From Tubiluchus corallicola (taxonomy: Eukaryota; Animalia; Priapulida), in the NCBI GenBank assembly GCA_030141605.1, contig JAQGDQ010000355.1:124001-188000 (forward strand): 64,000 bases of DNA, in the 5' to 3' direction. The notes under the pieces were generated by a model, which was given only the letters and a program-made list of their open reading frames with translations, did no database searches and had not been told where the DNA came from. Shown piece after piece: positions 28,141 through 42,324 of this stretch. The position numbers were made by a program, and so were the translations under genes. Each line of letters begins with the position of its first letter. Within the stretch, counting starts at the first letter, position 1.

Positions 28141-28673
28141 CCGAGCAAATTTTTCAAAATTGTCGCCTTTTCGACAATTTTTCTAACTCTTTAGTTCACT
28201 TGTGTGATAAAAGTAACCAAATCTTTTTTTGATCGTGTAACCTTGGAAGAATTTTCTAGAGTCATTACTTTATTTGACAAACCTGCTTTCCATGTTTTTG
28301 AAGTGACTAAAAACATTTACACAACTCATTTGTCAAGGTTGACCGATGAAAGCAAGAAACCAGCAACCAACTTGTTGTGTTTTGATGTTAAATACCAAAT
28401 AACCATTATCTACTTTATTAAAACTGTATCTTTCTTGTGTTTTAATTTTAAACGCCAATTAAAATATCGATGCGTTGAAAATTGTTTGGTATATGTCATG
28501 GTACCTTTTTATTTGCTTGTTTTCCCTGCTTTAGAACCTGACTATGCCCCTGTTTAACTGTTCTTTTTTCTTTGTGTTTGTTAACTGTTAAATTTCTGTC
28601 GATAAAACCTACTGCTATTTTTCTAGATTATGAAAAACAAGATCACTACATAAGGAGGCTGCATAAAGACAAC

Positions 28674-31124
28674 ATGGCAACACTTGGTGAGAACAGTGTC
28701 CTGCGAGGAGAGAAATTTCAACTTCCTAAATACAGCACATTGCACCATATGTTCGAAACTAATTTGCACAAATTCAGTGATAGAGTAGGAGCCATTTTTG
28801 ACGGGAGACGAGTGACGTTTGGCCAGTTAAACCAAAGAGCAAATAAACTGGCACGTCTTTTGCTGAAGAAACTTGCAGTAGATTCAACAGGTAGTCTCCC
28901 CAATGCCTCTGTTATTGCTGTAAACATGCACCCCAGTGAAAAGTTGATTGTGGCATTACTGGCTATCTTAAAGCTGGGTGCTGCATATGTGCCACTCGAT
29001 GCCACATTTCCAGCGTCAAGGATTGTGCACATTTTAACTGATTCAAAACCGTTGTGTGTGATTGTCGATGGTGACTGGACATCACTACAATTGGCAAAGA
29101 ACAACAGTAATGCCGGTCAACCGATTTTCCTTTGTAGCGAATTAGAAAAGGAAGCAGTAAGTGAACCTGATTTAAACTTGGAACAAAATAGCACATACAC
29201 TGATCAGTTAGCCTGCATTATGTACACATCTGGGAGCACTGGGGTTCCTAAAGGGGTAAAGTTGCCACATAAAATTGTGTTTAACAGGTTGTCATGGCAA
29301 TGGTCAGTGTTTCCCTACGAAGATGGAGAAGTTGGGGCTTTCAAAACATCGCTGACGTTTGTGGATCACATATCAGAGATATTTGCACCTTTACTGAAAG
29401 GTATACCATTTGTTATAGTTCCAAAAGGCACAGCACGTAATCCAGACAGTTTTGTTAATCTGTTAGAACTTCGGGGTGTGACAAGGATCGTACTGGTGCC
29501 TTCACTGTTACGAAACATCTTGAGCTTTTTAAAGGTGACTCCGTACAAAACAGATAGGTTAAAATCACTAAAACTGTGGGTGTGTAGTGGTGAAGTGTTG
29601 CCAACTACCTTGCTAAATGACTTTTTTAACTACTTTGAAGACGAAAATGACTACTGCACTCTATGCAACTTTTATGGCAGCACAGAAGTCATGGGTGATG
29701 TTTCTTACGAAACATTTCTTAAGTCAAACTTTCAGCAAAAACTTGTAAATAATATGGTTCCGATAGGAAGGCCTGTGTATAACACAACTGCATACATAGT
29801 AGATGATCAGATGAATATTGTACCTGACGGAAAAACTGGTGAACTTGTCATTAGCGGCGGTAATGTGGCTTTGGGATATGTTGGAGGTAAAGAACGTGAT
29901 GAGGGAAAATTTGTTCCAAATCCACTGTCGATTGACGCAGGTCATGAAAAACTGTTTCACACCGGTGATTTTGCTTCTGTTCACAATGGAACTATTTTGT
30001 ATGAAGGACGTCAGGATTCGCAAGTAAAAGTGCGAGGTCAGCGTGTAGATTTATTTGAAATAGAAGTTGTCATTGAGAAGTTTGACTGTGTAGAAAAGGC
30101 TGTAGTTCTGTGTCATCATCCCGGTGAAATCAATCAACTTCTCGTTGCTTACTGTATATTGAGTTCTGCCTCCGAAGTTGACGTCTCTGAAAAATTAAAG
30201 GATAAACTCCCATCGTACATGATTCCCAAAATATTCAAGGTGAACAAACTCCCTCTGTTGACAAATGGGAAAATAGACAGGCAAGAGTTGCAAAGGATGT
30301 TTGTGGCCTCGCAGGTTTGTCCAAAATCAAGTGAACCATTAGAACATTTATCCTCCGAAGAAAAAGCAGTTTTAGATGCAGTTTCTTCTGTCATCGGCAT
30401 TCAGCAATCCCATATCAGTCTTGACGACAGCTTTTTTGATATTGGTGGTGACTCAGCCAATGCCATACAGACAATATTACTTTTAAGCGAAGCTGGTTGT
30501 ACTGTGCAGATTGCAGATTTTTTAAATGCAAAATCGCTGAAGGAAGTAGTAAATTCATTATGCAGCGTTAGAAAAGATGACCCTATTAAAAATACAACAA
30601 TAGAGTCTGTAACATGTTCAGCTGTTAGACCAACATATCATACTGTACTTCTTAGGGACTTACAAAACCATCAAGAGCTTATAAACATTCTAGCTGATTC
30701 CTTTGCTGTTAAGGAAATCCTTACTAACAATGCAAATGCTTCTGTTGATGATATTTCTACGTTTGTTGGAAGCTTCTGGAACATTGCAGTTGATGCCGGT
30801 TTTTCGTTTGCCATTGTCGGGAATGACGGGCGCGTCATTGGCGGGGCGATTAATTTTGATTTCAACGACGAACCAGAGTCAATGGAAGTACCCGATGCAT
30901 TTGCAGCCGTTGTTGAAGTTTTACAGCATGCCGAAGCTCCAGCTCGAGCACAAGTGGCCGGCAGAGGGCGACTTTTGCACAACTTTATGCTTGGCACTGA
31001 TGTGTCTCTATCATTTCAAGAAAATGTAGAGTTTAGCATACTGATGGAAGAAGAGAACTTGAGAATTGCAAAAGAGCAAGGCTTTGATGGATGCATCACG
31101 GTTAATACTCATGCCATTACGAAG
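28674..31124 (+). CDS. ebony: Ebony-like beta-alanyl-biogenic amine synthetase (single-module NRPS: A domain, PCP/T domain, C-terminal AANAT-like domain), main coding exon
   Basis: Acceptor ttttctag at 28626, ATG at 28674 (aacATGG). A-domain motifs LKLGAAYVPLD, YTSGSTGVPKG, FKTSLTFVD, VCSGE, NFYGSTEVMGDV, TGD, GRQDSQVKVRGQRVDL, LPLLTNGKIDR. T domain FFDIGGDS (Ser codon 30453-30455). C-terminal HNFMLGT and GFDGCITVNT. Donor aag|gtacag, phase 0. Confidence 0.93.
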
Positions 31125-31477
31125 GTACAGATGTTTTATTATTAATTAAGCCACGAATATCAGCTTTTTTGTTTGAACGAGAAAATTACCAAGTATATGT
31201 TCACCATAACGTTGACAGGGCAAAAATAAAATCAAAGTTTAAGACATAATGACTAACAGGGCCAAATTTACTGATAGGCATAGGCACGGGTATCTGGGAC
31301 CCCACTGAAACTAGTTTGTCGCGCAGCATGCCAGTGTATAACCTTGTTTCAAGTGCACACCTGGTATTTCATTATGCAATATATTCAAAACTACATAGTC
31401 ACTTTATATAGTCACTGCAGGCCCGGAATGTGGATCCCCTCTACCATAAATATGTGTTTCGTTGTGTTGAAGTTCGT

Positions 31478-32126
31478 ATAGGACAAGAAAAGGGGTACCT
31501 GAAGTTTCAAAAAAAATCACTTTAAAAAATTGTATTACTTTATAATAATTTTATGCATATATCGTACTCACGTTGGCAGGATTTTTTGTTTGTTTTCATT
31601 TCAAATCTCCTGCATTCCAACCGTGCCATTATATGACGTCATACATGTACAACGTAAATCAGGAGAAGATTATGTACCAAAAAACTTTACATGTAACATT
31701 TTGTTTACCTGCTTGAAAGACTTATGTAATTAGGAAAGAGAATAATTCATTATTTAAAAAATGTTTTTACGAATTGGCAAAATGTCGTTGACTCACCACT
31801 AGGGTGTACCACTCAGTAACCAAAAACGTATCTTTAATCTTATTGACACAATACAGTAATTTAAAATTTTACTTAGTAAACTTTGAGCTACGAATGCTCT
31901 GATCATTTTTTCAAAGTTTAGATAATGTTATCTAAATTTGCTTCAAAAGACTTATCGCTAAAATGGCTGCATCTAACGGTTATCGCGGGAGTTTAAATTT
32001 ACATGATTTATACAGCGTTATTGCCGACGCAAGCACTGTATGCAAAAAGACAGTACGTAAGCGGTACGAAATTCCAAGACGAATTTTCTAAGCTTTGTGT
32101 AAGTGGAGGGTTTTCTTGTGCTTTAA
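31478..32126 (+). mobile_element. Family A MITE in the ebony intron
   Basis: ggacaagaaaaggggtacctgaag ... ggagggttttcttgtgctttaa. Confidence 0.75.
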
Positions 32127-32864
32127 AGCCATTTCATTCGTTATAGGCATGATAAGATCATTATAATTACGTATCCCACACCACGAAATTCTATATAGTT
32201 ATCGAAAAAATGAATTTGATGTCAAATAGCTTTAAAGAGAGGAAGAGAGCCTGTCCTGATCGTGCACTGTTAACACTAATTTATGTCTTATTTATTGCAG
32301 TCAGAAAGGTTGCATTACGCTTAAACCTTAGTGGGTATTGATTGATTTTCTCTTACCTGAGATTTTGCATTAATTGCGCTGTGAAAATGATCCAGTCAAA
32401 AATAGTCATTAGAGAAATATAACGATTTGTATAAATTGTGGCCACACTAGTAATAGACTTTATTAAGAAAATTCAAGTTAAACTGTTACACTTTACATTT
32501 CAAATTAAGTTACAAATCATAACAAAAATAATCACACAATTCACAGCACTTTAAATAAATAATCTCACATACAGGCCTATATAAAAAACAAGAAAAAGGG
32601 GAACACCTTTTGTGGTACCTGCTGATAGGTGGTCACTGATCAGCGGTGACACTTCCTTTTTATAGGCAAGGTTAACTAAACGCAGGGTTACACATGCATG
32701 AACGAAGCATACGATCTAAATAATATTGTAAGGCCACCAAAGAAGCCAGGCTTGGTTTAAAGCGGATTTTCCGACAATTGTTTATAAAATTTGTATCTTA
32801 CTACAAAGTTTATAAAAGCAGCAACAGATCAACTAAACAATCGCATTATTATTATTTGTTTCAG

Positions 32865-32999
32865 AGCATCTGTGAGAAGTTGATGGGATACGAAGTGCTG
32901 AACACCTACTATTTCAGAGAACACGAATTCAATGGAAAACAACCATACAAGCATCTGAGTGATGATGAACATATAACAGTAATGGCGAAGTTCTTCTAA
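32865..32999 (+). CDS. ebony: Ebony-like NRPS, terminal coding exon
   Basis: Acceptor ttatttgtttcag at 32864, phase 0. Encodes SICEKLMGYEVLNTYYFREHEFNGKQPYKHLSDDEHITVMAKFF*, matching the Ebony C-terminus pattern (Y..L........G..P.....D). Total protein about 861 aa. Confidence 0.85.
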   Translation, partial: SICEKLMGYEVLNTYYFREHEFNGKQPYKHLSDDEHITVMAKFF

Positions 33000-33790
33000 T
33001 GAAGATATCATCTGTAATTATATCTTTAGTCGGCCCCTATACATTTTAATATTATTATTTACTATTATTATAGTTTGCAAACTATACCTTGTTAAATAAT
33101 TGAGTTGTTCCACTTTGTAAACCCGAGTGTCTGCATTAACGCAATAGATAAGCATTTAAAGCCACAAATTTGTGATGGAAATCATTTTTACACGGTAGTT
33201 ACATTTCTCAAATATACAGAAGATTGTCAGAAACAATATTAATGTAATATATAAGTATGTAATTCAATTTTATGACTAGCAAAAGGCGCCACAAAATTTT
33301 TTGCGTATAAATACACTTATAATCAAAAATACGCAAACATCCTACATAATCCTCATTTATAACGCAAAAACCAGCAGCAGCTTTTACTGAATTAAAATTA
33401 TAAAGTTATAGACAAGTACAATGGAATGACGTCAGAACAATGCAAAACATCAGCAGTTTCCAAGCGAAAATTGCCCAAAATGGAACCTCCAATGAACTCG
33501 TCGAGGCTCCTTTTGGCAGAGGCACATCAAAATGTAGCCCACATCACCTTATAGCCCAGTTTCTCCTCTTTCTGAAAAGCTATGTATCTCCTTCTAGGAA
33601 TCCCATTGGGCGCCGTTAAAAGGATTTTTCTACAGGCAGTTTGGCCAAAATTCGAAAAAAATATTACCATAACCCCCACTGTTGAACGGGCTAATCAATC
33701 AAGATTGGTGGAGTTGTCGGAGCTGTAGCCTCGTCGGTTACACGCACGCACGCACACACAACACACACATGCACACACACGCAGATATAC

Positions 33791-33822
<32 letters not shown>

Positions 33823-36589
33823 ATATATACCACCGAAATTAATATATACTATTAATTTGATGAAAACACACTGAAGCCGTAGATTATTTCCCTCTGTGAT
33901 TATATCTTGTGATGATACATGACAAAATGATATTCAAAAATTAAATGGTAACAGGAATCACAAGTCAGCATCTTAGTAGCTGTTTAGATACACAGACAGT
34001 TGCCCGAAGGAGAAATTCGTAATAGAATGTTGAAATTTCGAGAAGTCTAGAACCTTGAGAAACATAATTGGGAAATAATAAGTGCATTTTTGAAGAATCG
34101 TCATTCGCAGTGTTTAGTGCAAATGTGATTGAAGATGTAGCAGCATTACGTCCAGAGCACGCTCAGCGCTTTGTACCCGGCTTTCTCCTTTGCCCTGCGT
34201 AAACAAATTCCATTGCTCTATATGGCTGCCGTTTATACCACTTAAATTCATTATTAATTTCAAAATGTAATTTTAATTAAACAAGTCAGCTGCAGGAAAT
34301 TGTACGATGCTAACAGCAAAAAATAATCTTTCTCCCTTGACCCTATACCTCATATTTTGAACTGTGTAGGATTTTGCGGTCTTTAACATACTGAACTACC
34401 GGCGGTACCTCACCTACAAGGGTCTAAAACTACGCAGGTTGGTTCGGTACCAGCAAATGCGGAGGCCAAGCAGTCTATAACTCTTCTGGCATCCGTTCAC
34501 GAAACAACAGAATGATGTGTAAGAAAAACGATACCTTTATTGCCAAATTACACGAAGAATAATGATAATGATGAAGTAGAGTTTCACTGTCGTGGATTAC
34601 ACTAACTGGACCAGTAAAAGAACAGAGACGACCGCTTTTATACAGGCCAGATGCATGACTTGGCTTCAATGGAAACTTACATTTTGTGTGAAAGGGGTGT
34701 TCGGTACAATACTTTATTATTAATTTTTTTTGTGTTTTCAATGCCAGTTTTCAATGTTTTTTGCCAGCTTGCTGCCTCCTCAGACTTGGTGTCCTAAGCA
34801 CGTGCTTAGTCTGCTTATGAGTGGACCCTAACGTAACCGTTGGTTCAGAACAATCCTTGCTGGCGATGGAAGCAATTAAAACCAGAACAAACCAAATTTC
34901 AATCTGCTAGACGTAAAGCCGTCTGCAAGATCTGCAGTAACTGTTGCCGTAGCCGTACAATCACATAAATGTGAACATGCCCTAATATTAACTCCCGAGG
35001 GAGAAGTTGTGGTCACACTTCACACTAGTATGATCTGCAAATTTTAGGCCATTTCTAGCCGTACAGGTCAGCTACGGCACGAATAACGGCAATCTCATTT
35101 TTGGTATTAGTACATTGTTGTTTAGGTGTGTAAATGATATATATGTTATTGCATAAATACAATGCTTTTAATGTTCTTACTACCTGCATTTTGTTACAGT
35201 TCTTTACATCGTTTACAAAAAATTTCCACAAACAGAATAAAGAATGAAAAATGTAACATAGCTAGCACGAAAACTATTGAGAAAAAGAAGAATGATGAAT
35301 AATGAAGTCTTACATCAAAGAAAATGTGCAAAAAAACACAACGTAACTTATTTCAGAATAGAAAACAACTTGTAGAAAACAACTTGTAGAAAACAACTAA
35401 ACACTAGATTGCATGTTTGCACAAAAACTGAAACACTTATTGCACTAAATACACAATAAAATGCACAAGTAAAATGAAGATCACAACTGCTGCACAGCAC
35501 CGAGTGTGTGACAGAGAGACAGTGTGTCCGATGAGTTGCACGACTGCAGATCTAGCCAGTTTATATATGTAGAGAACTATGCAAAAACTTGGCTTCACAT
35601 ATCCCATTACGGTAAAATAGGGGAGATACAGTGAGTTTGAATATTCACTGGACCGAACAATTGTACTAGGGGTGAATTGAACTAGTAAATGTTAAAGTAA
35701 CTAATCAATAGATGGCAGCACCTAAAATATACAGTTACAACTTTCACTATAATATTAATATATATTAATATATTAATAATATATATAATATATTAATATA
35801 GATATATATTTTTTTATTAATACCTACGCATGAATATAGCTGGCATATATGAGAAAAATTAAAATTATCTAAATTTGGTACATGGGACGGGTGCAGATGA
35901 CGTCATCACTGTCCCTGACGTACAACTTAGACCCCAAATTCTTGTAGCAAAAGGCCAGTTCCTATTGTTACATAATGCATTTTCTCACATTTTATGGCTT
36001 CGCTTGCAAGTTATATACAAATTTTTGATTTTGTGAAATGCACTGAGGAGCACTGATGACCACTTCGCGTCACTAATCGGACTATCAAAAGAAACCCACG
36101 TATAAGTTCTTATTCGTCCGTAATAGTAGCCATGTGTCTATGTGTGAGCGCATTGGAGTCATAAGCCTCCAAAGAGCATACTCCTAAGCACCATTTCGTG
36201 ACCTTTTAATGTCCCGGGAGTGCTGGCCAAAATGAAAAATTTTATAAAACCGTTCAAAACGCTGTTAGAATGACCTAAAGTATCATTCCTGAAAGCTTGG
36301 TAGCTGTTTCTAGTTTGTACCCATTTCATCAAAATTTGGCTTTAACAGACCAGACCAAATGTCTGTTTGTCACTGATAGGAATTCTTTATAGGCGTGAAA
36401 ATCATTGGAATGTTATCCCTGCTTTCCAAGATTCTCTGATTCTATATTAGAATATTATAGTTTTATTTAGAGTAAAGGAGTTTTTGTTTACTTAGATGAT
36501 ATTTACCAGAGATGATAACAGCAGGCAGCCTTACAGATGCAACTTACAACTTACAATTTAACGGAATGTGGCGTTAGTTACAGTCGTAC

Positions 36590-36703
<114 letters not shown>

Positions 36704-38679
36704 TTGATATTAAAGTCCGTTTTACAAGAATAAACATTAGCACATGTGTTTTCACCGTTAGTTTTGTTTTAGCTTAGAGTTAGTTTTCACCGACTATAAA
36801 ATAAGTGCATTAAAATACCGGTAGTAAAACCAATAATGCATTATTATACAAAAATATGGGAAAGGAATGATGTTGTACGAAGAAACGTTAGAAAACACAT
36901 ACACAATGAAACAAACAAGACAGTTTAAAATAATAGTTAAAATAAACTGCATATATAGAAAAAAAAACAGATTTTCCATTAACAAATGTTGAGATTCGCT
37001 AAACAAAAATCGAAACCTATATTTTTGAGCAAGACATTATAAGTTAAGTGATATTTTCTAGTTTTTGAGTGTTTATTTTTCCACAAATATGACAAAAACA
37101 ACATTGCAGGAACAGAATAAACGGTTTTTTAGATTAATAAGTGGGTTTTTGCATTAATTCTCTCTAATTCACTCTAATTCTCTCTAATTCAGTCACGAAA
37201 TATTGAATGCTGCGTCATTATTATTTTCTTCAATAAAATTATTATTGCTGCCATACATTTTAGTTAACAATACGGATAACAGATGGCAGCACATCAATGC
37301 AATTGCCAACATGATGTTTAGTGCTAGCTTTAGCACTTTGTAGCAACGAAGCGTCTTCCGTTAGTGGCTCTGGGACTTCATTTACCTGTTGATGCCCTAA
37401 AAGCAGTCTGGCTTCTGTTATTTACAAGGCCAGGTTATGACCTTTAGGGCCTCCAGGCTAATGAACTTATGGGACCCCTCAGATGGAGCCATCCTCTAAT
37501 TTGCTCGCACTCGTCTCGAATATTTTTACTTGTGATATATTTCAACAATATTTGCGTAGCTGGGGCCCAATATTTCAAATAAAGGTCTTCAATGAGTGGC
37601 CCTTATCTGGAATAAAGGACCTCAAACAAGATCCTTTGTCTCAAACAAAAGGCTCAAACAGAAATTCTTTATCTCGAATGAGGAGCCACTTTAAAATTGG
37701 ATTTTCCGACTTCCTTTTCTAAAGCCAGCAATGCACAGTAACGGCCGACAAGCTTGAGGGCCCCTAGGCTGTAACTTATAGGGTAACCCAGCCCTGGCTA
37801 CTTACCATGAAAATTAGCCACAAATTCAAAAGCAATTACTTTATCCTACCAATCAATTTCAAATCAAACGAACGTTCTCGTGATAGATACACTGGCAGAT
37901 AGAGAGACACAAATGCATTTTTAAAACATGAAATTAGCTGTTACTGTGAAGAATTATTAAAATAAATTTGGCGTTACAATAAGAAGTCTATAATTGATAG
38001 TTTCAAAACAGCACAAAACAAAAATGAGACAGAATTTAAAGACAAATACAAATGCAAATGAAAAATATACAAGCATCTCATTCATAATTTAGACTTAAAC
38101 AAGGCAATTCAAGTTTAGTGCTGGGAACAGTATCTAGAACATACATGCATAGTTTGCTCTGCATTTGGCACAGACGACGGATCTATTTTCCACCGTTTTA
38201 CCACCTCAGCGTTTTGACAAGACATTCTTACAAAACTTGTGAAAAAAGTTCAGTATCCCGAAAATTGTGTAAAAAAGTTCGCTGCCTTGAAAAACTGCAC
38301 AAATTTTACAACCGTTTGTGTAAATGTGTTATTTAAAAACATGTCTGTGATTGACCGTTGAACAAAATGATCTACTTCTGGGTTAACCCCCCCCCCACAT
38401 GCTGCAGCCTATATGGAACAAACCTTTTTGTCTGCGTTCCATATACGGAAATTATGCAGCTGTTCCCATCATTGTCATAACCCTTTCCTGACTTGCTGCG
38501 TTGCAATAAAGGGAAATACGTTATTGTACGTAAAGGGTATTTGCTAGCCCCAGTTTAATCCCGAGAATGCAGTAATTGTTTTATGGTGCTTTGGCTTTCA
38601 AATGCTCTTATTGATCATAGAGGTAATGCAATCCTGTTGTTCCTGTCTTGTTTAGTTCACTGATGTTGCATAGACCTCT

Positions 38680-39005
38680 GTGTCGTTGATGATATTGATA
38701 AAAATGCTGCTGCTGCTGCTGATGATGATGTTGAAGATGATAACGACGATAACAACGTTAATAGTGGTGATGATGATGATGACGGCCATAACGACGACGA
38801 CGACGACGATGATGATAATGATGTTGACGATGACAACGACGACGACGTTAATGATGATGCTGCTGCTGACGACAACTATGATGATGTTGATGATGCTGAT
38901 GAGGACGGCGACAACGACGATGATGACGTTGACGATGATGATGATGACGTTGATGATGACGTCGACGACGATGACAACGACGTTAATGATGATGATGATA
39001 ATGGC
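38680..39005. repeat. Degenerate GAT/GAC microsatellite
   Basis: Direct reading. Confidence 0.9.
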
Positions 39006-39119
39006 TGGACGGTTGAACGGTTGGCATAAAGAGGGTACAGAATTCAACGGTGTATAATTTCCAGGATGGAAAATACAAATCGAAGGAATGATCAGATCAG
39101 GACTTATTGTTCTTGCAGG

Positions 39120-40026
39120 AATACTACTATTACATAAGCAATACACTATGTGGAATGTTTGAGCATTCCTGAATAGCGGCTAGCAGATTTTGGACGTCGT
39201 GACCTTTACATTTGCCATTCACAATTTCACAAATATTGCACAGGTCACAGGTAACCTTTCTGTCATATTTAGTCACACCAATACGTATTGATCAGTTGTT
39301 TGAGAGATGTCCTGCTCATTGACAGAGTAAGAGGTGGGAGGACATGCGAACTTAGAACACAAAAAACGCTACATTTACACAAAGCTTAAAAATCGTCTTG
39401 AAATTTTATACCACCTATATACTGCCTTTTTGTATTCAGGACTTGCGTCGGCAGTAACGTTGTATAAAACTTGTAAATTTAAAATTCAGCGTTGACAGTT
39501 AGACACAGCATTATGACCATAAGTCATTTGAAACAAGTTTAGATAACAGTTTATAAAGTTTGAAAAAATAATCAGAGTATTTGTCACGCACACGTTACTA
39601 ACCAAGTAAAATTTCAAATTGCTGTATCTTTTTAATATCATTAAAATACGTTTTTTTTTGGTTAGTGAGTGGTGGTGCACCATGGAGGTGAGTCAATGAC
39701 ATTTTACCAATTGGTAAAAACATTTTAAATTGTTATTGCTAGTTACATAAGTCTTTCAAGCAGGTATGCGAAATGCTAAATACGATAACTTTGCAGGGAA
39801 AGTTTTTCGGGACATAATTCAACATTCCTTTTCTTCCCCTGATTTACGTTTGCGCAGTGACGTCACGTAATGGCGCGGTCGGAACAGTATTGCGGGAGAT
39901 TTAAAACAAGAACGAACAAAAAATCCTTTCAACGCGAGTGTGATATACCCCCAAAAATTGCTGTTAATGTAATTTTAAGGCGTTTTTTCTGAAACCTACT
40001 TCATGTACCCTTTTCCTGCCCTTTAA
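39120..40026 (-). mobile_element. Family A MITE (39352-40026) joined to a second repeat (39120-39351)
   Basis: Reverse-complement family A starting ttaaagggcaggaaaaggg; the same junction recurs at 62290-62590. Confidence 0.7.
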
Positions 40027-42324
40027 TGTCGTGTTGAACAGACGTATATTCGTATAATATGCATTATATTTATATTTTTAACTAACCCTATTTATTAAAC
40101 CTATATTGTTATTTTTTGACTAATCCTTTTACATAATTTTGTTATTGAACGTTTTGTTATTGTTATTGTTATTGTGTTATTGCCTGAATACGAATAAATA
40201 ATAATAGCAATAAATTTCATCACATCATTTCTACTTTCATCATCATCCGCCCGTCATGTCTAATGTAGACATTGGGCAGGCAGAATTCTAAAATAAAAGA
40301 AATCTGCCCTTCAGACAGGTAAACGCAGCAGCAATCCAGCAAAAAATTAGGCACTGCTACGCCAGTGGCTCGTCAGCAACACTTCCGATTTCTTGCGTTG
40401 TCGCGCAATATGCAGTATCTTCAAATCGGCCGCGGTTACTGCGCTTTTCGAAGATGGCTAGGGTGAGTCGATTACGTCACCTAATGGCGAAGAATAGGCG
40501 GTTGAGCGAGCCCGTTCAAACTGAAAAGTAAGCGGTATCTCTCTGCAAGTGAATATTACATACCTATTAGATGGACGCTAGGTGATATAACTTTTCAGTG
40601 TGAATTGTTTGCAACTCACATGTATATAACGTTTTCTTGCCCTTTAACAACAGAGTTTAAAACACCTCATAAGAAATTGTAAGCCCAAAATGGTACCATG
40701 TTCTTTGGTTTACAGACACTTTCTGTGTTCCAAATCCATGTTATAACAGGTATACCAACCTCAATTTGGTATTTCAACTCTGGTAGCCAGTTTCCTACCC
40801 TAATTTGCTCCTAAGAAGTGGCTTACTCACAGCTTCTCTGAACTGTTTCTGTGCATTTAACCTTCCCAGGCAGCTAATTGCAATGCACCCCGACATTTTA
40901 CAACCTCTGTCACATCGACTGTTCAGTGAAAGGCCTGTATTTGGCAGGTTAATGCGTCTCTTCCTGGGTTCCATACAATTGTCTAGATTTTATTGACTTC
41001 ATCTGCAAGGCTTCAACTGCCGCTGCTGCTGCTGCCGCCATCGGCCATTGATTTTTCCCTCCTCCTGTCGGCTTCCGCCATTGTAAACTCACGCCAGTGG
41101 TGAAGCAGTGAGTTTTCAATAATTAACCGAGATCTGCCTCGCAGGGTGATAGTATCGCTTCTTACTTTAGCCAGGTCGTTGCAATGGCGGTATTTTTTAT
41201 AACAAACTGTTAAGGCAGATTCGTATAGTCACATGGCTGACTTACAGTACCTCTTCTGTGTCGATGTAATAGTCATTTATATTGTGTAATGATCGCATAA
41301 GGTTATTTATAACAGTTCACAGGGGTGGATACGTGCTAATTTATTATTGAGGTGATGCATTCATCTATTTGCTAGATGCAGAGTGAAATATTGCTTACAG
41401 CAGAAGCATGATCTGGTAAGTGGCTTCTACATTCAAAAGGTTTCGCTTGTAGCACTTATGCAATCTGATAATTGAAAACTGGTTTCACAAGCTTTGCTTC
41501 TCAATCCTCATCTACTTCTGGTTCAGTAACTATATTAATATAGTTTGGTTACAATTATTGTAATTACATTTGGAATTGTTTTCCTTAACTGTACGAAATG
41601 ATAGTATATTAATGTAGTTCTTTTACAATTATTGTAACTTATTTGATTTTTCCTAGTTTAATGAATAATAGTTATAAGATCATGAAGCAAGTTATAATGT
41701 TTATTTTTTTCAGTTTATTTAATTATTACATTGCTTAATTAATAATTATAGTAAGATTATATACCAAAGTAGTTAAAATAAATTACAAATTACAAAATAG
41801 TCTGCAGACTTCATAGTTAGTGTAAATTAGGCTTGCACAAAATTGGGTAGTGTTGCTAAAGAGAACAGATATTAATTATGAGTAGTGGTAGTGGTAGTGG
41901 TGGTAGTAGCAGCAGTGGCAGTGGCAGTGGCAGTAGCAGCAGTGGCATGTGGCAGTGGCAGTAGTAGTAGTAGTATAATCTTTATTTTGCGTTTTAAAAA
42001 CATTGACTATCATAACAGAAAAAAGACTTGTGTGTCACTTGATGTAAATACACCGTTCTGGGCAAATGCGACTGTGACAAGCTAAACTATAAGTGCTACT
42101 AGAAATTCAAAAATAAAAGATCAACTACAAACACACAACGAAGATCAGCAGCATAAAGGAAAATGGGTATTGACTGGAGGTGATTGAGAAAAATCTGATA
42201 AGTTCCTAACTCAGGGTGTGAATGAATCTACTACGGTAATGTTTTTATCCTGGGATAAAGAAACATGGTGAAGTTAGTTTGGAGAATCACTGTCGTATGT
42301 GTGTTCGTGTATGGAAGTGAGACG

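Noticed and set aside
28651-28658. Shine-Dalgarno-like TAAGGAGG before the NRPS, hinting at bacterial contamination or recent transfer
   Set aside because: Spacing is 15 nt, the gene has a spliceosomal intron and animal Ebony architecture, and it sits among host repeats.
28572-28673. ORF-track N-terminal extension of ebony from a TTG start
   Set aside because: It crosses the polypyrimidine tract and acceptor at 28626; homology starts at ATG 28674.
31125-31145. ORF-track C-terminus VQMFYY*
   Set aside because: Intron read-through; the true C-terminus is in exon 32865-32999.
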